From the NCBI GenBank assembly GCA_016748015.1, contig JAAOMT010000096.1, positions 1 through 64,000 of the forward strand: DNA of 64,000 nt. Reading direction: 5' to 3'. The position numbers and the translations under genes were made by a program. This DNA comes from Geosiphon pyriformis uo1. Taxonomy: Eukaryota; Fungi; Glomeromycota. The notes below the pieces were generated by a model that ran no database searches, had not been told where the DNA came from, and saw only the letters and a program-made list of their open reading frames with translations. This document shows, one piece after another, positions 46,101 to 60,100 of the stretch. Each line of letters opens with the position of its first letter. Position 1 is the stretch's first letter.

Positions 46101-49100
46101 TCAAAATATGTCATAAGATTTTGGGATTGATTGCTTTGAGGTGAAGAAGTTTCGTCTAATTCTATGCTTTGTATTCCCTCAATAGTTTTGTAATCGCAAA
46201 TACTCTTGGACACTGGTGACAAACTTTTAAGGATGGATAATTCGACAAAATAATCACAGAGTGTGTGATGAAAACTGGTTTTTACTCTTTCAATCAATGC
46301 ATCCGAATTAAGAGGTCCTTGTGACCACAATTCAATAAGTAGATTGTATGAGCTTTCGACATCATGATGGACTTCAACGTTTTGTGAAAGGTTGAAGAGT
46401 GGGTGATCTTTTTCAAAGAAATGGTTGATGATTTTTCCAAAATCGATGTGATTGTTGTATTCAAGTGGATCTGGAGGGGAGAATTCAAAAACCGGTCTCC
46501 CCTTGTGGTTTGTAAGTGTTAAACAAATACCAGAAATGCCTTGTCCGATTGTAGCTTCAATAGATGGTATTCTTGCTTGTAAACAATTATAGTAAAAAGC
46601 AAATTCACCCAAGTAGACATCAATAGACATAAATGCGGTTTTCCTAGTATGATGAGCCAATGTATGATATTGAGTCAAATCTTTACTAAAATCCTGTTCG
46701 AAATTATATTTTTAAATTCACAAACCTGCCGATTTCTGTGTTGCAATCTTGTAATATTTCCATGCCGTATCTTGATGTATGATGGCGCTTGATAGTGTTT
46801 GTTACGTCAGCACCATTTAGAACATTTAGATAGAGGGATAAATTTTGCTTCAAAAATATCAAAAATGCCTGCAGGTCTTTAACTGATTCAGGTATTTTTA
46901 GGGTAGCACGTCTCGTTGGGACTTTAAGAACGGGTAGTATGAATTCAACGTCCTAATAAAGATCGAAATATATTTAATTAGTGAAATTAATTTAGAGCAC
47001 TCTCTAGTTTTAGAACAAGGTAAGAAAATAAATCATACAGCAGGAGTAGGTTTCGCGTTACGCGTCCGAGCAAGATAAGTTGATATCACATTGAGAGTAA
47101 TATTTGTAGTTAGCTTATTGTCCAGCAAAGTTACAAGCTCTTCAGTAATTTCACGCCCAGGTAAATCCACTCCATATACCTCCATTAATAGTTCACGAGA
47201 CTCGGATACTCGAGGTTGTAGGTTCGCTCCGAGCTTTCGAGAGCTTGGGGATACAGTTGCTGATGTTCGAGAACTTATGCTTTTATTAGACGGAGATCTT
47301 CTTAGGTCATCAGGAGCAATAATTGGAGTGGTTGAATGGGCTTCGGAGCCAATTCCAAAGGCAGAATGAATAAACGGTGAATAGCCATAACGGAGAGCAG
47401 ATTCATCAATTGTCACCTCATAGTCAGTAGAGGGTGTTTGCACACCAATCTCCGACAGTTTCAGGTAAACGATATAATCTCCTTTAGCGATCACAAACAT
47501 ATGTTTGCGGTTGGAAACAGTAAAAGAATCGAGGACAAGAGATGCGACACCATTCAAGGCTTGACCTGGCTTTAATCTACGGTGAAGTGGAAAAGTTTGC
47601 CTGAATACTAATTTGCATTCAAATTGCCCAGGTTTGAAACAATCTGAGGTGGTATGAATAACATCAAGAGGCCTCACAGAGCCTGTACTGGTCTCCATGT
47701 CGACATTTGAATCACCAGACGATTTATCACCGTCTTCTGATGATGACGATGATGATGAGGACGATGATGATCCAGAATCTGAGGTTTTTTCTGATGGTGC
47801 CACTAAATATTTACTGTTCAAAAATAAATGGGAAGTCGGTGAAAACCTAAATAATGAGAAATAACGAAAATTAACTACTGGATCCAGTATACCTGCACCG
47901 ATGTGTTTCTTTAAGTTCATCGAGCAATATTAACTGGTTGACTCGTACCGACACTTGTTCTATGCACTTTTTCGTGTGACCAATAATGTCTTCACGCTTG
48001 TCGGCTGATATAGATTTAGAAAAATAAAAAACTTGTACGAAAGAATCTTGAGGGTTGAGCAAAAGCCAAAAAAGTGGTCTGTGCGTGCCATTTTCATTTA
48101 AAGGAACTCCAGAATTTTTTAAACTATCGGATTCTAAATTTTCCTCTGGAGAAACCATGCTAATTCCAAGACCTTGGCAGAATTCGTCGCTACTATTTTC
48201 AGAATATTCTGCCCCAAAGTCAGAAGATTCAGGTTCTTCCAATCTTGATAACAAAGAAAGATTGGATGAGTTATAATATGTATCTTTAGGGTCTGGGACA
48301 ATATCATTTTCAAAGAAATCGTCTTTTGTTAAAGATTGTTGACTATGGAATTGGCGTAATGAAGCTTCCGGTTTTGAGGTAATAAATTCATGAGAAGATG
48401 AACGATGTATCCTCTGAGACGCTACCGTTGATTCACCATCCTCGCTTAGATAAAAGCAGTCATCTATTTGCCTGAGCTTATATGGCGACAAATCAGCTTT
48501 TTTAAATTCCTGAAAAAATTTTTCTTGCCCTTTTCGTTTCCGTACAAAAGAAATAGGTACTTTAATCAGGGTGGGATAATTAATAAATGGATTCTTGCTT
48601 TCTAATTGAGATTGAATATATTTTAACATTGATCCTTCATAAGGCAATGAATTCAAAAGCCCGTGGATTATTTCTTCTTTTAAAAGCCAATATAGCCGGG
48701 TGCGAGTTTCCAATAAGGCTTCTGATTTATTGGGAGTCAGAGATTCGATAGATGGTTTGGTAGTAAAAACTTCGAATGAACTAAAAAGTACAATATGGCT
48801 TGCGTATTAAAAATGCAAACCGAATGTTTGAATAGAATCCTAGCGACTTATACCTGGATATATTTTCCATTTTGAGATCGACAAAGCTCGGAGACAAATT
48901 AACAGCTTTCTCATTAACCTGGGGTAAGGTCAAACAAATGATATGTAATGTAGCAGTAGTTCCATCAGAGGAAGCCACGGGGGAAGCTTCTGTACCGACA
49001 GACTCGGGTGAAAAATCATAGAATTTGCCGTCAACTGTACAAGAATAGCTAGTAGGTAAAGTTCTCACAGGAAACCTTACAAAATTCGCATCTTCTAATT

Positions 49101-52100
49101 GAAACCCTGGATGCGAAGCCTTAAACATCGGTGGGGCTTTCTTGAAAGTACATTCAAGCCTGATAAAAAGTGGATCTTGCGCGCAAGAAAATACATCTGC
49201 AAAGTTTTCCCAATTGTATGGAACACCATCCTGTTCAACAAAATTGGTATTTTTCTTTATTATCGGCCTATAATAATGTATATTTTGCAAATCATAATCG
49301 ATAAATGTCACCGGTTCAAAATAATGGCCAAGTATACCCATGAATTTGTGATGGCCCTCAAATTCATCATCACTAAAAAAAATGTTTAGATATCAAGATG
49401 AAAAATTCATCCAAAACAGACAAAGATTTCAATCACTTTTCTTACCGCTCTAATCCTTTTCGAACAGCTTGTACGTGTACGTTCAAGTATTCAGTGATAT
49501 CAATATCAATCGAAGATTCTACACATGAGTTAATTGCTTTCCAAAAATCTTCAGTATCGACTTGTTGTTTTTGTAATAAACTAGCATAGATAGATTGGGC
49601 AAACCCATGTGCATACAATTTTTTAATTCCATTTGTGACTTTGGTAGCCTGATCTGAAAGATGAAAGCTGACGGGTCTTCCAGAAAAATTCCCGGCATAA
49701 GATTTAGGCGAGTGAGAATTATCATTAAAAAAGCTAGACATATTTTCCACAGAAATTGGTTGAATTGTCATAGTTTGACTACAATCAGATTGTGTCAAAA
49801 TTTTGTCGCGAATTACTGTTCTGGAAGCTTTAGGTCTTCTACATAGAAATAAAAGAAAGCTTAAATATGATGTCTCAGAGTTTGAGTTAAAAGATTCTAG
49901 GTGACGCGTCATTCTATTCAGAATGACCTTAAAAGAAGGGATGATTATGAGAATAAAAGAGCTAGAGTCAACCATTTTAACAAAACATTTAGTGTCATCA
50001 AGACTTTCGATGAGCTCAATTGTTGTTTTGAAGTCGGACCAACCAGGTATAGTTGATAAGCCAGCCTTAATTTCTTTCCAAATGCCGCTGTTCTTACAAC
50101 TGTCGTGAGTTGTTTCAATTTCCCCGTCAGAATATTTAAGAAAGGCTGTTTCAAGAAAGAGATGCAACATAGCAAAATCTCGGTCTGAAGTCCATAAAAG
50201 TTTTGCTATTGAATCACGGTAGGGTTCACTGATTGATAGCTGATCATGAGAAGTTTGGGTTTTGACTATTTCCAATGTAAAAGTTCGATTACTCGTCGAA
50301 AAATTTTGTTGTTTTGGAGATCTGAGATCTGATAAATTAGAGCGATTTGTAGTATCACTACTTCCAGGTGAAACTTTGCTGGGATCAGAATTGCTATTGG
50401 CGACAATAGGGGGATTTAATTTATTATTGACAGGTGATACACGAAAGCGTGGGACAAGATAATTAGTTAATAAGAGTTCTCCGGTATAGAGCAACGCAGG
50501 TAAGTCAAATAAACGAGGTAAATTGTCTTTTTTCGATCGGGGTTGCTTTTCGTGTTTGCCGCTGTTGTGTTTTTGCGTAGATCTCGTTCTTGATAAGGTT
50601 GTTGCAATATAATGGATCTGATCAAAAGTTACCAGATGTGAAAGTTTTAGGCGGTCTGTCGCTTGGATTTTTGCTGAAAAATAATCGTAGGTATCCCTTA
50701 AATTTATATCTTGCGTTGGTTCCATCCAAATTTCGGTGACTATTTGACCTGTGTATGGATCTTTTAACACTTGATATTGAATACCAGTTACCATGTTATG
50801 GCTCAGGATTGAGGTTGAATACAGATGCTCATTCTTGTGATCTAATTCAAAGTAAAAGTTTTGCTTGTCAGTCTCCTCAGAAAACAAAAAAAAACCTTCC
50901 TCGAGTCTTGCTTGACATAGATATTGAAAAGCTAAATCTTGAATGGGAGTAATTCGAAAATCTTTGAAAAACACATCTTCATCAAGATCCTTCAACCAAA
51001 CCAATCGATAATGTCGCATGTAAGATTGCATGATGGAGAGATGACCAGCGGAATATTGTAGATCAATGAGCAAGTCGGTATCAGAGTTACTATCTTCTCC
51101 CTTAGTTAAGAATAGTCTCGAGATGGGTCTTTTACTAATTTGGATAATGTATTCTTTTGATTCTTTAAACCCATTAGTTTCGGGATAAGATATGAGATCG
51201 ATCACGGTAGCAAGTTCATTTTGACGTTGCGATATACCAACATTAAAATAGAGTAATGTCACAGACCACAAATAACCGACTCGGTGATTAAGTCGAAGTT
51301 CGCAGAAGCGTATTGTGGAATATGTCTTTTCCCCCGCTTCAATAAATTTGATATATACATTGTTCGATGGAGAAAAGGTTGCCCAGGACGGCATCAAACG
51401 TTCTCGCATTTGTGCAAGCGCCTTTCGAAGCAAACGTTCGGCTGCGAGCGATGAGGGCATAGGATAAGATTTTGACGGGGCAAAGAGAAAGTCAAATCTT
51501 GACTCATCGTACCACGCCCTTGTCCCGGGTTTTAATGAACTTTGCTCCAGAGAATCCCAAAATTGTCTAAAAACTTCGAGTCTGCTATGTGAGATGTGCC
51601 ATATATTGTCACCAAAGCGATGATTGTGAGTTTTGATGACCTCCTTAGGACTCTTAAAAAAGATGTGCTTCTTTAAAAGATCATCAGTCTCGTAAATTGT
51701 AGTCAAAAATTTGAGCATTTTTATAATTTTTGCAAATAAATGGTGACTCGGATCATTATTATGCTGTGCGGTCTGAAAATTCACGAAATAGATGGCAAAC
51801 ATAGTGTAAGCCAAAACGTTGATCTCAATTCGTGGTGATTTCAAACGGGCTATTCCTTTTGCTTCCCCAGACCAAAAGGCTTTAATTTTGTATTGGATAG
51901 TAACATTGGGGAGCCAAAGACGGGACATGGTGATATGAATTTTCTCTGCTTTATTATTGTTACGGTTCTCGACTAAACCCACATGATCAATAGTAAATCC
52001 TTGTCGCATTCGGGCAGCGACTAATTGCTGAACATCAATTGACAAAGAATATTCTCGATAACGCGTAGGAATCGCTTCTACAGCTGGAGGCTCACTTTTT

Positions 52101-53872
52101 GGGTCCCATGGAAAAAATTTGTATGATTTATATCCCATTATATGATTGTCTCCATTAACAAACCGTTCCCTAGGAACGTCGATAGCGCGATCTTCTATAC
52201 CAGGTATATTTCTTGATCGTACATCCCCTTTTTTCTTGTTAAAGCTGAATTCTCTCATTAAAAGGTATTTGTGATAAAAATTGGGGGAAAGCCAGTTTTT
52301 GGTTGACGCAAGTTTATTTGGAGCCAAATCAATCGGAGAGCTGTCTGGACAATCAGAAGAATAGAGAAAAAGCCCTGAAGTTGCAGCAGCTACGAATCGC
52401 AATACTTCGTTATCAGGCACTAAGCCGAAATTAGAGCCAGGATTGAACCCTTGACTGGAACCAACTTGGATGATATTACACTTAACTCCTTTGCTACAAA
52501 GACGCTGCAAAATATCATCGTCACTATGCATCTGAGCTAGATTTGATTTAACCACACCATCAGTAATTAACACCAAGGCAGGTAGACCCTCATTTGGTGG
52601 CAAATCTACAGCAAATAGCCCGGCATTTAAGCTATAGGAAAGATTACCACCGCTAGAACCCAATTTCCAGATGTTATCTTTCTTGTCATAAAGTGGCTTT
52701 CCAGAACCTGCTGCATCTGCAACCTCTTCACTTTTGGGCCCAGCGACATCCATGACATAAGCTACAGCAAAATCTCTACTTCGGAGACTTTGGCGAAAAG
52801 AAGCTACTCTTTGATGAAAATTTTGGAGCTCATCTTGCAATTTCTCTATTATTTGTGGCAGATTAATTCTTGTGACAATGATTCCTTGCAGTAAAACTCT
52901 CATAGTAGGGAAACCGGCTAGTAGTGGTATTATATTTGCATTAGAAGCAAAGTGAGAACATTCCGCAATAACTGTAATCGATATCTCTGGTTCGAACTAA
53001 TAGATTTTTAGGAGATTAATTATATATTAACATGGCAATGAATAAATTTTTCAATATTTACAAAACCTACGTGAAGTGCTCGATCTTTACCGAGATCTTG
53101 CAGAATAAATGGTTGTGCGAGCCCTTCTATACATTTTTTTAATCTGCAATTTATAAACCCAAAAAGAGATATTTTAAGAATATAATTATGACGAAGAAAG
53201 CACTGATAGTGTAGCAATTTAGTCCATTACATATCCATAACCTCGGATATTATAATTTTTTCTGTGCAATAATCAATTGTTGCTAAAGAAGAAGTGACGT
53301 CCAAAAGAAAAACCATTCGATATTTCTTGCTTAATGTGATAATTCGGGAATGCGGCATAAGCCTGTATAGCTTCTGTTCGATCTTAGACTCATCAGGCAA
53401 ACTTTCCAATGTATATACATTTCTTGCTTTCCTTTGATTTTGGGCCTGTATCAAAGATGCTAGTCGTATATTGGAACAATGCAAGACTTGAAAATACTGA
53501 ATCAAAGAAGAAAAATAAAATATGTATTAATTCAAACAAGAAATATCGAGTAGCCCGGTTTATAATAATACATGTGGCAGAAAACTACATCAAAAGGACT
53601 GTAGAAACGAACCTCGTCTTCTTGAAGGGGAAGTGGCTGAAATAAACGTTTTAATACCCATTTATGGTGGTCAACTTTCGTGTATTGGACGGAATTTTTC
53701 AGCAATAAAATCACAGACCTTGCTTCCGTACCCTTGATAAATTGTGAAATCCGACGAGCACAATTATTGGCAAGAAACAAACGAGTCAGCTAAAATAGGA
53801 GCGGTTTCCGACCTCTTGTTGATTCTCACTAACGGAAGTTTTCAAAGTTGTGGCGTGAATTGGCGAAAGCAT
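43113..53872 (-). CDS. SZT2: SZT2-like scaffold of the KICSTOR complex (over 3000 aa, multi-exon)
   Basis: EARSVILLLK, LSKKYRMVFLLDVTSS, LITDGV, YREY...ARMRQGF, WLPNVTIQY and PLFIRLEC match SZT2 motif order as recalled; size fits. Confidence 0.85.
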
Positions 53873-53939
53873 CTCAATAAAGTGTGGAAGGAAAGAATAA
53901 AGGTGTCTCAATAAATTATAAGAGGAAAGAACTCCTGCG

Positions 53940-55250
53940 ATTTTATATTAAATCAAAAATATTTTTTTATAAAAATAAAAAGATATATATATATATGTTT
54001 GATAAAATAGTCCTTTCGCATTTATTTTATTGATAAAATATTTTTTAAGTTCTAATAATGTTTTATTTTTTATTTTTTTATTTTTTATTGCTATCTAAAT
54101 TATGCAATTTAAGCAAAAGAAAAAGGTTGAAATTAAGTACAGTTTATGTCCTTTCTATATATAATTAGCCATCTGAACCAATTAGATCTATATTATATTA
54201 ATAATATTATAAAAGTTTTAATTTTACTTAACAAAAACCAAAAAATATTAATTTTGTCTTTATTTAAATTTAAATTAAATAAAACATTCTTAACAAAATA
54301 TAAAACAATTTTTTAATATTATTAATTATAAACTTATTTACAATAATTGATTTTTTTTATTTTTTATTTTTAATTTAAAATTAAAAGTTAAACATAATAT
54401 TTGTAGTTGATTTATATATATATTTTATTATTATTATTTAACAAATAAGACCCAAATATTATTTAGCACAATATATCAAATTAAATAATCTAAACTAAAT
54501 ATAAATCATATACTTTTTACACATGACTAGTTACTCAAATTGATTAAAACAACACTATAAATCTATTTTAACAAAAACATTACAATTAATTTCAAAAAAA
54601 AAGCATAAGATTTGTATATACTAAAATTAATACTATATATCTCCACAATTTCAAACAATTTAACAATATTATCAAAAAGCCAAACATTAAATCACAAATT
54701 ATTGAGAGCATAAAATTATTACAAAAAACTAAATTATTTTTTCTAAAACTGTTCTATATTTAAACTATACCAACCATATTTCTTTATGATAAATTATATC
54801 TAAATTATACACAAAATTAACAATTTTTTTTAACAGTAACTTAAAAACAACCAAAGTTTTTAAATACTATTTTTTAAACATAATATTTTTATATAAAATA
54901 GTATAAATTGTATTATTAAATATATATATAAAAAGCAACTACAAAACACAAAAAAATAACAAATTCAAACTTAACAAAAAACTTTACAAAGCCATATATA
55001 ATTTAATTAACTTTTTATAAACAGCAAAATTTATTTTATATGTAAAAAAATAATTAGAAAATTCTATTTTTTTGCAATAAAAACACAAAATACTAAGATA
55101 TTTTTTATTGTATAAGTATTATAAATAGCAATAGACAAGTAGTAATACAAAATTTTCATAAAATATAAATACAGATTAGCAGAATTTTTATTTGTAAAAT
55201 TAAAAACCATATGTAAATTAAGATATCAAACTAAAATAATTTAATTCTAG
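53940..55250. other. Very AT-rich, strand-skewed relic DNA
   Basis: A/C-rich + strand, no CpG, no recognisable frame. Confidence 0.4.
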
Positions 55251-55259
55251 TTAATATCT

Positions 55260-56824
55260 TTAAAGTTTTGAACAATAATTCTTATATTTTACAAGATTAA
55301 TATAAAACAATATTTAATAATCACCTATTTATAATATATAACTCAAAAAATATTACAAATAATCTGATTGGTTATTTATTATAATAATACCAATTCAAAT
55401 AATCAGCAAAAATCAAATATAAATAAATGTATTATTTCTAAAACAAAAGTATTTTCAATTAACATAAACAATTATTTCTTAGATTAAAATATTCAAAATA
55501 TTTTCTATATTTTCTATAAATATTGAACTAAAAATTATCTGAATATTACTTTAATTATTAAAAAACAGACAATCATTAGAAAACAAACAACTATAATTAA
55601 TAACAGTAGAATACATATTATTATTAAACCAAAAAAAACTACTATCAGAAAAAAAAAATTGGTAGTAAAATAAATAAATATATGCTTAAAAGCATAATAA
55701 TAAACATATTATTATCTTCTAATATACTTAAAAAAACAATTAAAAAAATTTTATTTATAAACAAAAACTTATTATATAAAAAACAATTAAAACTCTATAA
55801 TTAATTTAGTAAAATCATAAAAAACATAAAACTTTTAAAAAAAACAACTTTAAAAATACAAATAAAAATTTTGAATATTATATAGTTAAATATTCCAAAA
55901 GATTTGACTATTGCCAAAAGAGCCAAAACTTTTATATAAAGATTTAGTCTTTTAAATACAAAATTTATTTTATTTCAAATACTATATATTTTATTTACAA
56001 AAAACTTTAACAAACTAATTAGTTTTGAGTTAAACAAAACACATTAAATAGAATATCTCATAAATAATTTGATTTTATTAAAGCTTAATTTCTTTAAAAA
56101 AGATAATATTATGATTAAAACTCATAGTTTTTATTAGTTATTACATATATTAGTCACTAATATTATATAATTAATTATTCTATATTTAGATAATAATTGT
56201 TAACTTAATTATTAAGCTGATTAATAATTTGATTATTGATCTGATTATTAATCTGATTATTGACTATTTTTAATAGTTATATAAGCAATAAGTCTTTTAA
56301 CTGTAGAAAAATATGATCAAAGTAATAATATGATCAAAATAATGAAATAAAACCCAATATCAATTATTTTTTTTTTATATTGTTTTTTTTTTTTTTCTAT
56401 TTTTAAGTATTTGAACATCTTAAAATAAAAGATTACTTGTTGGTATTCACATATTTTATCTTTTTTCCTTCTTAATTTGTATTATTAGAATTAGTTTAAA
56501 AAGTAATTGCTTGCTTTTGTAATTTATTGAATAAAAAAATAATTGAAAAGCACAACAATATTTGTTATTAATTATAAAAATCACCAAGTTAAAACATAGA
56601 ATAATAGTAGTAATATTATTTTATTAATAATTATAGACTATTTTTCTATTTTTAGATTCTTAAAAAAAATTTGTAACTGTAATTTTTATAAAACTAATCA
56701 TGCACATTGAATCTTTACTTATTCAATTTACTTTTTTATTGTAATTTTTTCTTTGATTAATTTTATTATTTTACAATTTTGTTTTTTTTTGCTATTAGTT
56801 AGTTTATTATTTCAATCTATAATA
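55260..56824 (+). mobile_element. Extremely decayed A2 3' fragment (IN end, ORF3, 3' LTR 56107-56824)
   Basis: Colinear with 27995-28900 and with the A2 LTR at 6598-7261. Confidence 0.8.
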
Positions 56825-56939
56825 CTATTTTATATTATTGTGTATTATTTTGTATTATTTTGAGTTATTATATATTATTTTGTGTTATTACATATTAATT
56901 ATAGTTTTTTAATAGCTTTAAATTGGTTTTTTTATTTTA

Positions 56940-57119
56940 TATTATTAAAAATTTTTGGATTTTTTTTTTTGAATGTTGTGATTGTTGTTTTGTTGTTAAT
57001 TCTAAATTATTAAAAACTGTTGAATTTCTAATAACTGAATTTATTTTCAAATTTTTTTTTATAATTTAAACTACTAAACTTATAAATATAATAGCCAATT
57101 TTATATCAATTAATTATAT
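56940..57119 (-). mobile_element. Family-B LTR relic, target of the following A element
   Basis: TAATAACTGAATTTATTTTCAAATT etc. matches 8224-8400. Confidence 0.7.
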
Positions 57120-60100
57120 TGTTATGGGTTAAAGTAATAAGTTAATAGATAACAAATAAGAACAGAATTGTAGAGTGATGGAAATAATCAAAGAGATTTC
57201 AACTTCAATGAGTGAATTAAATAAATATGGATTCAATATGCAAGATCAATCTCATAAAATATCTTAGTCACTATACTTTTCAAAAAATAACCAAAAAATC
57301 TGAAGATAAAAAAATAGTCTATACTGTCAACAAATAATCACACCTAGTATAATTTTATGCTTTATGTTGACACTCTTAAAATTTAATATTAGGTATCAGA
57401 AGTACTCTTTAGTCATGTTTTATTTAATAATCTTTAAATGTTACAATTACACGTTTCAGGAAAAGGGTAAGGAATAACCAACAAGTAATTTTTTATCTCA
57501 AGATGTTCAAATACTTAAAAGTAAAGAAAGAAAAATTAGCAATAAGAGAATGATTGAGATGAAAGTTGTTATTTTATTTATTTATTTTTTTTGGATTCTT
57601 ACATATTTTTCTATAACTAAGAGATTTATCACTTATATAGTTATCAAAAATGGTTAATGATCAAATTAATGACTAAGTCAATGATCAGGTTAATAATCAG
57701 ATCAATAATCAGGTCATTGATCAAGTCAATAATTAGGTCAATGATTAAGTCAACAGTCAGGTCATTAATCAGATTAATAATCAGGTCATTGATCAAGTCA
57801 ATAATTAGGTCAATGATTAAGTCAACAGTCAGGTCATTAATCAGATCAATAATCACTTTCTAAAAATAAAGTGGCTAATTTATATGACATTAGTGGCTAA
57901 TACATGTGATAATTAATAAGAAGTATAAGTTTCAACCATAATATTATTCTTTCCAAAGAGATTAAGCTCCAGTGAAATCAAGCTATTCATGATATAATCT
58001 ATTTGAAGAGTTTTATTTAACTTAAAACTAACTAGTTTGTTAAAGTTTTTTGTGGATAAGGTATATAATACTTAAGGTAAAATAAGTTTTGTATTCAAAA
58101 GACCAAATCTTTGTATTAGAGTTTTGGCTTTTTTAGCAATAGTTAAAACTCTTAGGACATTTAATCATATAATGCCCAAAATTTCTCCTTGTATCTTTGA
58201 AGTTGTTTTTTTTATGAGTTTTATATCCTCTATGATTTTTTCAAGGTGATCATAGAGTTCTAATTGCCTTTCATATAACAAGTTTTTGTTTATGGATAAA
58301 ATTTCTTGGAGTGTTTTTCTAATTGTGCTGAAAAATAGGAGTATAGCTGCTATTATATTTTTTAATAGATATTTATCTATTTTACTACCAATTTTTTTTT
58401 TTCTGGTAGTAGTTTTTTTTGGTCTAATAACAATATGTGTTCTACTGTTATTAGTTATGGTGGTTTGTTTTTCAATGGTCAGAGTAGCATTTAAATAGTT
58501 TTTAATCTAATACTCATGAAGAGTATAAAAGGCATTTTGAATGTTTTGATCCAGAAAATAATTGTTTATGTCAATTGAAAATACCTCTGTTTTGGGAATG
58601 GTGTATTTATTTATACTTGATTTTTGCTGATTATTTGAGTCAATATTACCATAACAAACAACCAATTAGGTCGTTTATGATATTTTTTGAATCATGTACT
58701 ATGAACAGAATGATCATTGAAAATTGTTCTAGATTGATTTTAAAGAATATAAGAACTATTGTTCAAAACTTTGTTGACTATAAAGGGTCTTTTCCATTAG
58801 CTAAAGAATTTATCATCATAGACATTGTCTTTATTTAAAGGGTATTTCAATACCAAGTTACCAACACTTAAAGAAAGTATTTTATAGGTTTTCTTTTTCT
58901 TAAGCTTTTCTTGGAACTGTTTTATCTTTTCAAAAGCAATTATTCATATTTCTACCAAAGAGTCAAGAATGGTACCAAGTCTTTTTTGCAAAATGTCTTT
59001 GTAATTTCCTATTGTGATCTCTTCAAAGGATATTGTCTCAATGTTAGTTTTTATTGGTAGTGTTGTCATGTGTCCATAGGGCAGATAAAAAAGTTCATAA
59101 CTTGTTATGTTATAATTCACAGTTCTATAAGCAAATAAAGCTAAAGGTAGTATTTTGTCTCACGAGTTTGTTTCTTCATTGGTTTTGGCTAGGGTTTCAC
59201 ATAGTGTTCTATTGAAATATTCTACTAGGCCATTTGTTTGAGAGTGATAAAAAAAAAAGAGTTTATGATATATTTTCATTTTTCTACAAAGTTTTTTAAC
59301 CAGTGTATTGAGAAAAGCTCTTCCTCTATTAGATAAAAGTTCTTTGGGGCAGCTATAATAACAAATGATATCTTCATAAATGAAATTGGCTATTAAGACT
59401 GCTGTTTGGTCAAGAGTGGCTCTTGCTTTTACTTACTTTGTAAGATAGTCAGTAGCTGTGATAATATATCTGTTGTCATTAGGAGTTATTGTTAAAAGTC
59501 TAACAACATCTATATTAATTCTGTCAAATAGTTGACCAACAGAAATTGGATGAATATTTTTTTTGTGATTAGGTTTGCCTCTTCTTTGGCAAATGTTACA
59601 GGTTTTGATGTATTCAGCAATGTTCTTTTTCAAGATAGGCCAATAATAGCAAGCTAAAGTTTTCTGAATTGTTTTTGTTTTTTCAAAGTGTCTAGCTAAT
59701 GGGTCAGTGTGCATGTTGTATATTACAATTTCTCTTTTTTCAAATCTGATGACTCTCTGGTAGTAGTTAAGATCTTTTCTATTTCTTTTATATAGCTGGT
59801 TCTGGTGAATTAAATAGAAATTTAATTGTTTGCACAAATGTTTTTTTTGCTGTTGAGTGTATTCTAATGGGTATTGTTCTTTATCCAAAAATTCTATTAA
59901 GGCAAAGTAGTTGTCCAAGTCTATTATTGTGTTTATTTGTGAAGGAGTTACTAATAATTAAGTTGGTTTGGTTTGAGAAGTTGTACTATTACTAGATAAT
60001 AAGTCTAGAGAGAATATTAGTATTTTGATAATTTACTCCTTTGTGATGTTAAATATCATAGTCAAATTCATCCAAGTAGAATATTCAGTGAGTTATTTAT

